Translations under genes and position numbers: made by a program
Assembly (NCBI RefSeq): GCF_030144855.1
Contig: NW_026780313.1
Coordinates: 1-42,755 of the forward strand
DNA length: 42,755 nucleotides
Direction: 5' to 3'
From: Hypanus sabinus
Taxonomy: Eukaryota
Notes under the pieces: model-generated
Told to the model about the DNA's origin: nothing
The model's database searches: none
What the model saw: the letters and a program-made list of their open reading frames with translations, nothing else
Part shown: one piece after another, positions 22,490 through 34,897 of the stretch
How positions within the stretch are numbered: position 1 is the stretch's first letter
How the letters are laid out: each line of letters starts with the position of its first letter

Positions 22490-24696
22490 GGGTAGGGCTG
22501 GCAGCTGTGATCCGGGGTTCCGCTTTTGTCGCCGGGAAAGAGCGAGAGGATGAAGTGGTGGTGGGATGTCTGGCATTTCCAGTTTTGGAAAATGTCTCGG
22601 CACTGCTCAGACATTGCAGACTGGGTAGATGGGCCGGTGATTCATCATGGGTAGAACTGCGAAACAAGAAAATATAATCACGTTAACCGGATTATGGTAT
22701 AGAAAGTCCAACAGTAAACGGAGTAAATTTCTGGTGACATAGCATCCCGCTACAAGAAAGATAAGGTTGTAATATTAGGTGATTTTAACTTTCGAACTAT
22801 TGACTCGGACTCCGTTACGTAGGTCGAGATCGGAAGCCGTTTGTTAAATGTGTTGAAGAAAGTTTCCTTAACCAGGGCATTAAAGTCCCAGTTAGAGAGA
22901 GCATGCGGCTCTCCCCATGAAGTGGTGGGGCGATCGACATCAATGGCTTCTCCGGAGCGTAACCAAAGATGCACATTTTTAAAAAAGGAGTCTTTTTATT
23001 ATATTATTTGCTGGATCGGCAAATGAACTGAACCTGGTCCGTGGGAAATGAACCTGGTCAGGTGTCAGATCTGTCAGTGGGAGAACATTTTGGAGATAGT
23101 GATCATAATTCGATCTCCTTTCCAACAGCATTGGAGTGAAATAGAAACAGACAAGTTGGAAAAGTGTTTAATTGGAGTAAGGGGAATTATGTGGCTATCA
23201 GGCAGGAACTCGGCGGCTTAAATTGGAAACAGATGTTCTCAGGGAACAGTACGGAAGAAATGTGGCAAATATTCTGGGGATATTTGTGTGGAGTTCTGTA
23301 TAGTTACGTTCCAATGAGAGGGAAGTTATGGTCAGGTGCAGGAGCCGTTGGGTACAAAGGCTGTAATTAATTTAGTCAAGAAGAAAAGAAAAAATTACAA
23401 AAGGTTGAGAGAGCAAGGTAATGTGAGAGATGTAGAAGGTTATAAGGCTACCAGGAAGGTGTTTAAGAAGGAAATTAGGAGAGCCAGAAGGGGCCATGAG
23501 AAAGCCATGGCGGGCAGAATTAAGGAAAACCCCAACACATTCTACAAGTATGCGAAAAGGAAGAGGATAAGACGTGAATGAAGAGGACCTATCAAGTGTG
23601 ACAGTTGGAAAGTGTGGATGGAACCGAAGGAAATAAAAGAGGGACTTAATGAATACTTTACTTCAGTATTCACTGTGGAAAAATGATCTTGGAGATTGTC
23701 GTGATGACTTCCAGCAGACTGAAAAGCTTGAGCATAAAGATATTAAGAAAGAGGAGGTGCTGGAGCTTCTGGAAAGCATCAAGGTGGATAGGTCGACGAG
23801 AACGGGTGCAATGTACCCCAGGCTTCTGTGGGAGGCAGGGGTGGAGATTGCCCCGCAGCTGGCGATGATCTTTGCATCATCAATGGGGACGGGAGAGGAT
23901 CCCGAGGACTGGAGTGTTGTGAATGTTGTACTTTATTCAAGAAAGAGAGTAGGTATAGCCCAGGAAACTATAGACCAGTGAGTCTTATCTCAATGGTTGG
24001 TAAGTTGATGGAGAAGATCCTGGGAGACAGGATTTATGATCATGTGTAGATGTACAGTATGATTAGAAGGTATAATGTGTTTAGGAGTAGTCACCATGGC
24101 TTTCAAAAGGGCAGGTCGTGCATTACGAGCCTCAATGAATTTATCAGGATATGACTAAACACATTGATGCAGGAAGAGCAGTGGATGTAGTGTATATGGA
24201 TTTCAGCAAGATATTTGCTAAGGTACCCCATGCAAGGCTTTTTGACAAGGTAAGTAGGCATGGGATCCAAGGGGACATTGCTTTGTGGATCCACAACTGG
24301 CTTGTCCACAGGCGACACGTTTTGTAAGGCGGAGACTTGGCATGTTCCGCCATTCCATAATGGCCGATTTAGTAAACGTTTCAGGAGAATTCTCTTGTCC
24401 ACTCCCCGTAAGATCAGGGCAGAAGATTTAGGATGGAGATGCGGAGAAAATGTTTTTCCCCTAGAGTGGTGAATCTGCGGAATTCCCTGCCCAGGAAAGC
24501 AGTTGACGGTTCTTCACTAAACATATTTAAGACACAGTAAGATAGGTTTTCACATAGTAGGAGGATTAAGGGTTCTGGGGAAATGGAGCTGAGTTTACGG
24601 ACAGATCAGCCATAATCTTATTGAATGGCGGGACTGGTTCGATGGGCCGGATGGCCTACACATGTTCCAATTTCCTATGTATTTATGTTGTTATGT
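22490..24696 (+). mobile_element. Decayed CR1 ORF2 (unit 3)
   Basis: Duplicate of 7090-9292, long form. Confidence 0.92.
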
Positions 24697-25447
24697 AATG
24701 CCGCCGTTGCGGAAACGTTGTCTTTTGCCGTAGACGTTGCGATGTCTGGGAGGTGAATGATATAATCACTCATCTCGGCCTCCTGCTGGAATAACGCAGT
24801 CCGGGAGCATTGACCGGGACGCTTCCCGCAGATTCCGCCCCACCTGCGGAGTCTTTATGCCATTTTCTGGAATGGTTGCGCGGAAATTGCAGAGTTTCAG
24901 AGGGATAAGCGTGAGATGCTGGGCCTTGGGGAGATGAACTAAGTGGGCAGAGAATGCAAGAAATGAGCCGGATCCTGGGTTGCTGGACGGCGGTAACAGG
25001 TGTTGAGAGGGTGACCAAGCAGGTTAGTGCCAGCACTCCATTGTATTAACGAGAGGAGACCGTACCCTGTGTGAGGTTTGAACAGTGCAAACCCAGTATT
25101 CCTGAGAGTCGAGCAGGCAATCCTGAGGGGCACTGGTGTAGATAGTCAGCGCACACAGTGTCCGAGAAAAGCATTTACACCTGGAAAATAAAACACACAC
25201 CTTAGGAATCTGCAGCATAATGTTGTACCGACCATTCAAACTGGTGCAGGAAAGGCTTAGAATTTCCCTAGCGCATAGCCCTCTATGTTCCTAAGCTCCG
25301 TGTATCTGTATAAGAGGCTTTAAAAGACCCCATTGGAATCGCTTCCAGCGCCATCCGACCCGGCGCTGAAGCAGCCGTTTGACAAGCTGGCCTCCATCAG
25401 TCACATCACGGAATTCAGGAGTTGGGACATTACAGAGCAGTTGACAA

Positions 25448-26405
25448 GACAATAGACATTAGACAATAGACGCAGGGGCAGGCCATTCTGTCCTTCGAGG
25501 CAGCACCGCCATTCCATGTGATCATTGCTGATCATCCACAATCAGTGCCAATGATCCTGCCCTCTCCCCGTATCCCCTGACTCTGCTATCTATAAGAGCT
25601 GTATCTAACTCTTTCTTGAATTCATCCAGAGAACTGGCCTCCACTGCCTTCTGAGGCAGAGCATTCCACAGATCCACAACTCTCTGGGTGAAAATAAGTT
25701 TTTCCTCTACTCCGTTCTAAACGGCCTACCCCTTATTCTTAAACTGTGGCCTCTGATTCTGAACTCCCCCAACATCGGGAACATGTTTACTGCGTCTAGC
25801 GTGTCCACTCCCTTAATCATCTTATATGTTTCAATCAGATCTCCTCTCCTCCTTCTAAATTCCAAATTATACATGCCCAGTCCAATCTTTCCCGGGATGG
25901 CGGGAATCAACCTCGTGAACCTACGATGCACTCCCTCAATAGCAAGAATGTCATTCCTCTAATTTGGACAACAAAGCTGAACACAATAGTCCAGGTGTGG
26001 TCTCACCAGGGCCCTGTACAACTGCAGAACTCTTTGCTCCTGTACTCAACTCCCCTTGTTATAAAGGCCAACATGCCATTAGCTTTCTTCACTGCCTGCT
26101 GTACCTGCATGCTTTCTTTCAGTGACTGATTTACAAGAACACCTATATCTTGTTGTTCTACTTCTTTTCCTAACTTGACACCATTCAGGTAGTAATCTGC
26201 CTTCATATTTTGCCACCAAAGTGGATAACCGCACATTTATCCACATTAAACTGCATCTGCCATGCATCTGCCCACTCACCCAACCTGTCCAGATCACCCT
26301 GCATTCTCCCAACATCCTCCTCATATTTCACACTGCAACCCAGCTTTGTATCATCTGCAAATTTGCTGACATTAGTTTTAAGCCATTCTACTAAATCATT
26401 AATCT
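25448..26405 (-). mobile_element. CR1 3' fragment (unit 3)
   Basis: RRFTRLIP, RGDLIETYK and QQAVKKANGML remnants. Confidence 0.93.
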
Positions 26406-26886
26406 ACAGGACAATTAAAAATACAATAAAATTAATGGAACACCACACATAAACAAAGACTGAAGGCAACCAACGTAGAAGCGAAGATGAATCATGTAAA
26501 TAACAGAGATGAATAAATCATCCTAAGAATCTGATTGGTAGAGTCCCTGAAAGTGAACCCATTGGTTGTAGAGTCAATTTAGTGTTGAGGTGAGAAACGG
26601 TCCCTTCATTTTATGTCAGCTGCGTGGACCAGCCATTGCTCCGAACAGGATTTGTATAACACGGCCCGGAAAACCGCGCGGCGCTTTAATGAGACATTCT
26701 GATCAATTAAATTTCCAGCTGCGCGCCGACGAAGGCGATACGCGCCGGGGGCATTTCAGTTACTGCCCGGCCGCCCTCCCGCGCAGCTTCGAGGTTACGG
26801 TGGAGGCGAGTGAAGACATCCGCGCTGGTTCAGGAGCCAGACGGTTGTAGGAAAACAATTGTTCTTCGGTGAACTGCAGAGCCCCG

Positions 26887-27110
26887 NNNNNNNNNNNNNN
26901 NNNNNNNNNNNNNNNNNNNNNNNNNNNNNNNNNNNNNNNNNNNNNNNNNNNNNNNNNNNNNNNNNNNNNNNNNNNNNNNNNNNNNNNNNNNNNNNNNNNN
27001 NNNNNNNNNNNNNNNNNNNNNNNNNGGAAGTTAGAGAAAGAGACGGAGAGGGAGAGTGATAGCGAGAGAGAGTGGTGTGTGTGTGTGAGAGAGAGAGAGA
27101 TAGCTATCAC
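26887..27110. repeat. N-run (139 nt) plus visible GA/GT simple repeat
   Basis: 27026-27100 reads gaagttagagaaagagacggagagggagag...gtgtgtgtgtgagagagagagaga. Confidence 0.8.
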
Positions 27111-27303
27111 TACGGCTGTTAACATGAAATTCTATAGTGTAAATATAGTGCCTCGTACCGAATTACATTGACCGTCACATTGATTCTGATTGGTAATATC
27201 AGGAGAGGGGCGTGGCTTATCCCCGATATATAATGTCACATCCACGGGCAAAGAGCGAATCTGCCTCATCCTGCCTCCCCTTTACCACCTCTTCCCCGTC
27301 AAC
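27111..27303 (+). promoter_or_regulatory. Putative V5 promoter
   Basis: TGACCGTCA, ATTGG, GGGGCGTGGC and atatataa motifs occur in the same order. Confidence 0.65.
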
Positions 27304-27880
27304 ATGGAGAGAATGAACCGGGAAAAGATGTTTCTGTTTCTGTGGATCGTGTCCTGGTTTGGCTGTTAGTTCATTTCGATCACTATCTAATTTCTCCCCT
27401 CTCTCGCTTCCACATTCATCAGATACTCCATTCTCGATTATTTCTCTTCCCAGGTTCCCCCACCCAGCCGATAACTGACAGTCTCACTGCCTCGTTACAT
27501 GTTCGTCTCTTTCAGCCAGTCGCGGCTCCCCACTCGGTCAACACGTCTCTGATTCCTCACCGGTTTTCCGCTCTCTGTCCACAGGTGGGAACTCGGTGAC
27601 CGTCAGGCAGACTCCACCTGCACTCTCCGCCATGCCCGGCAGCGGAATGGAGTTGCAGTGCACGGCGGAAGGAGGGGGTAATACTCATTACATGTACTGG
27701 TACAGACAGTACCCGGGGAGTGGCCCTCAGTTTCTGATCTACTCGATAGGCAACGCGCATGCTGAACAGAAGGAAACAGCGGGCGGGTTAACGGCCCAGA
27801 GGAAGGACAACCAGATCAACCTGATTTCTAAAAATTTGACGGCGAATCACTCGGCTCGTTATTTCTGCGCCTGGAGTCTA
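27304..27880 (+). CDS. TRBV: TCR beta V segment V5, TRBV30-like; join(27304..27364,27585..27880)
   Basis: Leader MERMNREKMFLFLWIVSWFG, intact splice sites. Open V exon (NTHY, SIGNAHA) ending YFCAWSL. Confidence 0.91.
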
Positions 27881-27919
27881 CACAGCCGCCCGAGCGGATG
27901 GTGAAGCCGAACAAAAACC
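27881..27919 (+). other. 23-RSS of V5
   Basis: CACAGCC + gcccgagcggatggtgaagccga + ACAAAAACC. Confidence 0.97.
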
Positions 27920-28159
27920 TCCAACGTTGCCAGAGGGGCGGGGCTGTCAATAAAAAGAGGGCAGGCAGCCTCCGCACTGAGAAGCGTGACGACAGAGGCT
28001 GTCAGTCAAATGAAGGGGCGGGTCTTCCTGTCACAGCGAGGATGGCTCCCCCCTCTGGTTAGTCTGGTTTATAGCGTTAAATGTGCTTTGAACCAGAGGA
28101 TAATAGGCGAAATTCGCCAGAAATAGGAATGAACACGATACGGCCGTCACGGTGTTCTG

Positions 28160-28216
28160 CCGGGGAGTGGTGCTCAGCTCCTGATCTACTCGATGAACAA
28201 CATACACCTGGATCCG
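28160..28216 (+). pseudogene. V-segment relic (FR2-CDR2 fragment)
   Basis: ccggggagtggtgctcagctcctgatctactcgatgaacaacatacacctggatccg translates as PGSGAQLLIYSMNNIHLDP. There is no flanking V sequence or RSS. Confidence 0.85.
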
Positions 28217-28502
28217 TATGTCCCTGACAGATGGCGATTATTTTTCGTCCTCTGTAACCGCACCCGTCGTGTTTAACACGGCCCGACAAACCGCGCGGTG
28301 CTTTCAGAAGACATTCTCATAAAATACATTTCCAGCTGCGCGCCGACGAAGGCGATGTGCGCCGGGGGCATTTCAGTTACTGTCCGGCCGCCCACCCGCG
28401 CAGCTTGAAGGTTACGGTGGAGGCGAGTGAAGACATCCGCCTGGTTCCGGAGCCAGGCGGTTGTAGGAAAATAACTGTTCTTCAGTGAACTACAGAGCCC
28501 CG

Positions 28503-28754
28503 NNNNNNNNNNNNNNNNNNNNNNNNNNNNNNNNNNNNNNNNNNNNNNNNNNNNNNNNNNNNNNNNNNNNNNNNNNNNNNNNNNNNNNNNNNNNNNNNNN
28601 NNNNNNNNNNNNNNNNNNNNNNNNNNNNNNNNNNNNNNNNNNNNNNNNNNNNNNNNNNNNNNNNNNNNNNNNNNNNNNNNNNNNNNNNNNNNNNNNNNNN
28701 NNNNNNNNNNNNNNNNNNNNNNNNNNNNNNNNNNNNNNNNNNNNNNNNNNNNNN
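28503..28754. repeat. N-run (252 nt), probable microsatellite
   Basis: Positional paralog of the other N-runs. Confidence 0.6.
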
Positions 28755-28933
28755 GCTGTCAACATGAAATTCAATGTTGCCTCGGACCGAATTACATTGA
28801 CCGTCACATTGATTCCGATTGGTTATATCAGGAGAAGGGGCGTGGCTTATCAACAATATATAATTTCACATCGACGGGCAAAGAGCGAATCTGCCTCATC
28901 CTACCTCCCCGTTACCACCTCTTCCCCGTCAAC
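28755..28933 (+). promoter_or_regulatory. Putative V6 promoter (type B)
   Basis: Same motifs. It lacks the tagtgtagatatag segment present in the other V-linked promoters. Confidence 0.65.
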
Positions 28934-29510
28934 ATGGAGAGAATGAACCGTAAAAAGATGTTTCTGTTCCTGTGGATCGTGTCCTGGTTTGGCTGTTAGC
29001 TCATTTCGTTCACTATCTAATTTCTCCCCTCTCTCGCTTCCTTATTCATCAGATATTCTATTCTGAATTATTTCTCATCCCAGGTTCCCCCACCCAGCCG
29101 ATAACTGACAGTCTCACTGCCTCGTTACATGTTCGTCTCTTTCCGCCAGTCGCGGCTCCCCACTCGGTCAACACGTCTCTGATTCCTCACCGGTTTTCCG
29201 CTCTCTGTCCACAGGTGGGAACTCGGTGACCGTCAGGCAGACTCCACCCGCACTCTCCGTCATGCCCGGCAGCGGAATGGAGTTGCATTGCACGGCGGAA
29301 GGAGGGGGTAATACTGATGCCATGTACTGGTACAGACAGTTCCCGGGGAGTGGCCCTCAGCTCCTGATCTACTCGATAGGCAACGCGCGTCTGGAACCGG
29401 AGCAAACAGCGGACGGGTTGACGGCCCAGAGGAAAAACAACCAGTTCAACCTGATTTCTAAAAATTTGACTGCGAATCACTCGGCTCGTTATTTCTGCGC
29501 CTGGAGTCTA
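28934..29510 (+). CDS. TRBV: TCR beta V segment V6, TRBV30-like; join(28934..28994,29215..29510)
   Basis: Leader MERMNRKKMFLFLWIVSWFG, donor GTTAGC (variant at +6), ccacag acceptor. Open V exon (NTDA, SIGNARLEPEQ) ending YFCAWSL. Confidence 0.91.
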
Positions 29511-29549
29511 CACAGCCGCCCGAACAGATGGTGAAGCCGAACAAAAACC
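29511..29549 (+). other. 23-RSS of V6
   Basis: CACAGCC-23-ACAAAAACC. Confidence 0.97.
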
Positions 29550-29789
29550 TCCAACGTTGCCAGAGGGGCGGGGCTGTCAATAAAAAGAGGGCAGGCGGCC
29601 TCCACACTGAGAAGCGTGACGACAGAGGCTGTCAATCAAATGATGGGGCGGTTCTTCCGGTCACGGCGAGGATGTCGCCCCCCTCTGGTTAGCCTGGTTT
29701 ACAGCGGTTAATGGGTTTTGGACCGGAGGATAACAGGCGCACTTCGCTCCAATAGGAATGAACAAATACAGCCGGCACGGACCTTGCTT

Positions 29790-30510
29790 TTGCCTTATTT
29801 AACACAGTCTGCAGCTCTGATGTTTGAACCTTCTCCCCATTTTGATAATAGTCCTCAATAGTCCTCACTATTGTTCCTTTTGCCAAAATGCATTATCATA
29901 CATTTCCCAACGCTTACTCCATCTGCCAGTTTTCTGGCCATTCTTCCAAGTTGTCTAGATCCTGCTGTAAACGAATTGTCTCCTCAGCACTACCTGCCCC
30001 TCAGTTTATCTTCGGATCATCTTCACTCTTCGAGACAAAGTCATCAATTCAATTATCCAAATAATTGACAAACATTGTGAAAAGTAGCGGTCCCAACACT
30101 GACCCCTGACGGACATCACTAATCACCGGCAACCAACCAGAAAAGGCCCCTTTTCTTCCCACTCGCTACCTCCTGCCTGTCAGCCATTCCTCCCTCCAGG
30201 CCAGTATCTGACCTGTAACACCATCGGATTTTATCATGTTTAGCGGCCTCATTTGTGGCGCCTTATCAAATCCAGTGTGAAAATCCAAGTGAATGACATC
30301 CATTGTCTTTCCTTTGTCCACCCGGTTTGTTACTTCCTCGAAGGACTCTTAGTCACGCAAGATTTTCCTTCACAAAAAAAGAATTTCTTATTTTATTGAA
30401 CGTCTCCAAGTACCCCGAAACCTCATCGTTAATAATGGACGCTAACACCTTCCCAAGCACGACCTTTACAAAGCAGTTGGAATCGCAGGTTGCGCGTCGC
30501 GGTTATAACC
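29790..30510 (-). mobile_element. Decayed CR1 RT fragment (unit 5)
   Basis: Duplicate of 4391-5110. Confidence 0.8.
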
Positions 30511-31536
30511 CCGGAGTGTGCCCGAGTTCAGAGCTTTATTTGGAGATGATAAACATTGATATGACATTAACGATACAAGAGGAACTTGGTCAGACAAGGA
30601 TTCGCAGCGACCGAGTGAAGAGAGATTGGCAAGACGCACCCGCCCCTATCAGCCCCTAACCCTAACACACCCCCACCCAGGAGCTCTCGCTTCACCTCTC
30701 AGTTCGAATATCTGCCGCGCTGTGTCTCTAAATGGAATGAAATAGAAGGAAACACGTAATCGTCAGGGACACTCGGGTGCAGGAATGACAGGGACTTCGG
30801 AAATTCAAAACTGAAGCAAAGATGTATTAAAAAAATCAACTAGCAAAGCAAAACAGAGCTCAGGTTCACTTCAGAATCTTGAAGGACTGAAAACACTAAG
30901 GATACAAGAGGACCTTGGTGAGACAAAGATTCGGAGCGAACGAGTAAAGAGAGAATAGCAAGACTCACCCGCCCCTATCAGCCCGCTCGAAATACCCCCT
31001 TAGGAAATCACGTAGGGATTGATGACTACTTAGACAACATCAGGGGCCAGTCGAAGTAACGATCCCCAAAGACAGCAACTGCAATGACGACCATTCAGAA
31101 TACCGTGCTGATTTAATCCCTGCAAGTTAAGCAAAAGTGTTAAAAACGAATAGAGCTTCAAACTCCCCACGATACTAAACGAAACTACTCCGAAACATGG
31201 TCAAATACGAGAGCTTGCCCAAACATAAACAACTAATCATCCTCGGGAAGCGGTCGAAGGAACTGCGCATGCCCAGGAGGTTACTTTTCGAAACGGCAAT
31301 CCACACACCAACTGGGGAAAAACAATCCTTTCCTTTTCTCTCCAAACAGCGACCTCTTGCTGGTGGCAAGCAGAACAACAGGCGTTCCGTCCACGATATC
31401 TTCGTCAAATATCAAGCCGAATTAAAGCGAATAACGATTGCCATCACTGATTCCATCACCATCTCCGCACATGCCCGTGTCTCGGATAGAGACAGAATTA
31501 GATTACGAAGTAAGTGACACCAGATTAGACCGCGAT

Positions 31537-31980
31537 GTTAGAGTGTGGGCAGTAGCACCTTATATTCCATCTGGGCAAATCGAAACTGATAACGTGAGTA
31601 TCAATTTCTCCTTCCGTTTGAAAAAAATCTCTCAAGCTCCCCTCTTCTTCCATTCCCCACTGTGATCTCTTACCTCTTCTCACCTGGCTATCACCCTCTA
31701 CCCCAAGTGACGGTCCTCCTTTCCTTTCCCCTTTCGTTCACTCACCTCCCATATCAGATTCCTTCATCACCTGACCCTGACATTTCTCAACCATCTGGCA
31801 TCAACCGATTCATTTCTTATCAAACCACTTCCTCCTCCCCTTATCTTTTACTTTTGGCTTCCTCTAATTTCCTTCCCGGTCCCGGGGAAGCGTCACGGCC
31901 GGTGGCGGTCATTTTCATGGATGCTGCCAGGCGTGCTGATCTCCCCCAGCATTGCGAATGCGTTCCTTTGGATTCCCAGC
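31537..31980 (+). mobile_element. Penelope-like remnant (unit 5)
   Basis: Duplicate of 6510-6935. Confidence 0.6.
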
Positions 31981-32139
31981 ATGCGCAGAATCTCTGGCGT
32001 TATGATAACGTGTCAAACGTTATGACGCGGCTGAGGGTGCTGCAATAACTTCGTCACCGATTATGATAGGTTAACACCGCTGTACAGACAGCACCCGGGG
32101 ACGGACCTCACCCTGCAGGAGTCATTGGATGAAGAATGG

Positions 32140-34146
32140 GTAGGGCTGGCAGCTGTGATCCGGGGTTCCGCTTTTGTCGCCGGGAAAGAGCGAGAGGATG
32201 AAGTGGTGGTGGGATGTCTGGCATATCCTGTTTTGGAAAATGTCTCGGCACTGCTCAGACATTGCAGACTGGGTAGATCGGCCGGTGATTCATCATGGGT
32301 AGAACTGAGAAACAAGAAAATATAACCACGTTAACCGGATTATGGCATAGAAAGTCGAACAGTAAACCGAGTAAATTTCTGGTGACATAGCATCCCGTTA
32401 CAAGAAAGATAAGTTTGTAATATTAGGTGATTTTAACTTCCGAACTATTGACTCGGACTCCGTTGTGTAGAAGGTCGAGATCGGAAGCCGTTTGTTAAAT
32501 GTGTTGAAGAAAGTTTCCTTAACCAGGACTTTAAAGTCCCAGTTAGAGAGAGCATGCGGCTCTCCCCATGAAGTGGTGGGGCGATCGACATCAAAGGCTT
32601 CTCCGGAGCGTAACCAAAGATGCACATTTTTAAAAAAGGAGTGTTTTTATTATATTATTTGCTGGATCGGCAATGAACTGAACCTGGTCTGTGGGAAATG
32701 AACCTGGTCAGGTGTCAGATCTGTCAGTGGGAGAACATTTTGAAGATAGTGATCATAATTCGATCTCCTTTCCAACAGTATTGGAGTGAGATAGGAACAG
32801 ACAAGTTGGAAAAGTGTTTAATTGGAGTAAGGGGAATTCTGAGGCTATCAGGCAGGAACTCGGCGGCTTAAATTGGAAACAGATGTTCTCAGGGAACAGT
32901 ACGGAAGAAATGTGGCAAATATTCTGGGGATATTTGTGTGGAGTTCTGTATAGTCACGTTCCAATGAGAGGGAAGTCATGGTCGGGTGCAGGAACCGTTG
33001 GGTACAAAGGCTGTAATTAATGTAGTCAAGAAGAAAAGAAAAAATTACAAAAGGTTGAGAGAGCTAGGTAATGTGAGAGATGTAGAAGGTTATAAGGCTA
33101 CTAGGAAGGAGTTTAAGAAGGAAATTAGGAGACAGAAGGGGCCATGAGAAAGCCATGGCGGGCAGATTTAAGGAAAACCCCAAGGCATTCTACAAGTATG
33201 CGAAAAGGAAGAGGATAAGACGTGAAAGAAGAGGACCTATCAAGTGTGACAGTTGGAAAGTGTGGATGGAACCGAAGGAAATAGAAGAGGGACTTAATGA
33301 GTACTTTACTTCAGTATTTACTGTGGAAAAATGATCTTGGAGATTGTCGTGATGACTTCCAGCAGACTGAAAAGCTTGAGCATAAAGATATTAAGAAAGA
33401 GGATGTGCTGGAGCTTCTGGAAAGCATCAAGGTGGATAGGTCGACGGGAACGGATGCAATATACCCCAGGCTTCTGTGGGAGGCAGGGGTGGAGATTGCC
33501 TCGCAGCTGGCGATGATCTTTGCATCATCAATGGGGACGGGAGATGATCCCGAGGACTGGAGTGTTGTGAATGTTGTTCCTTTAATCAAGAAAGAGAGTA
33601 GGTATAGCCCAGGAAACTATAGACCAGTGAGTCTTATCTCAATGGTTGGTAAGTTGATGGAGAAGATCCTGGGAGATAGGATTTATGAACATGTGTAGAT
33701 GTACAGTATGATTAGAAGGTATAATGTGTTTAGGAGTAGTCACCATGGCTTTCTAAAGGGCAGGTCGTGCTTTACGAGCCTCAATGAATTTTTCAGAATA
33801 TGACTAAACACATTGATGCAGGAAGAGCAGTGGATGTAGTGTATATGGATTTCAGCAAGGCATTTGATAAGGTACCCCATGGATGGAGATGCGGAGAAAA
33901 TGTTTTTCCCCTAGAGTGGTGAATCTGCGGAATTCCCTGCCCCGGAAAGCAGTTGACGGTTCGTCACTAAACATATTTAAGATACAGTTAGATAGGTTTT
34001 TACATAGTAGGAGGATTAAGGGTTCTGGGGAAAAGGAGCTGAGTTTACGGACAGATCAGCCATAATCTTATTGAATGGCGGGGCTGTATCGATGGGCCGG
34101 ATGGCCTACCCATGTTCCAATTTCCTATGTATTTATGTTCTTATGT
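32140..34146 (+). mobile_element. Decayed CR1 ORF2 (unit 5) sharing the ~200-bp deletion with unit 2
   Basis: Junction ggtaccccatg|gatggagatg at 33881/33882. Confidence 0.92.
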
Positions 34147-34897
34147 AATGCCGCCGTTGCGGAAACGTTGTCTTTTGCCGTAGACGTTGCGATGTCTGGG
34201 AGGTGAATGATATAATCACTAATCTCGGACTCCGGCTGGAATAACGCAGTCCGGGAGCATTAACCGGGACGCTTCCCGCAGATGCCGCCCCATCTGCGGA
34301 GTCTTTATGCCATTTTCTGGAATGGTTGCGGGGAAATTGCAGAGTTTCAGAGGGATAAGCGTGAGATGCTGGGCCTTGGGGAGATGAACTAAATGGGCAG
34401 AGAATGCAAGAAATGAGCCGGATCCTGGGTTGCTGGACGGCGGTACCAGGTGTTGAGAGGCTGACCAAGCAGGTTAGTGCCAGCACTCCATTGTAGTAAG
34501 GAGAGGAGACCGTACCCTGTGTGGGGTTTGACCAGTGCAAACCCAGTATTCCTGAGAGTCGAGCAGGCAAATCTGAGGGGCACTGGTGTAGGTAGTCAGC
34601 GCACACAGTGTCCGAGAAAAGCAGTTACACCTGGAAAATAAAACACAGTCCATAGGAATCTGCAGCATAATGTTGGACCGACCATTCAACCTGGTGCAGG
34701 AACGGCTTAGAATTTCCCTAGCGCATAGCCCTCTATGTTCCAAAGCTCCGTGTATCTCTAGAAGAGGCTTTAAAAGACCCCATTGGAATCGCTTCCAGCG
34801 CCATCCGACCCGGCGTTGAAGCAGCCGTTTGACAAATTGGCCTCCATCAGTCACATCATGGAATTCAGGTTTTGGGACATTACAGAGCAGTTGACAA

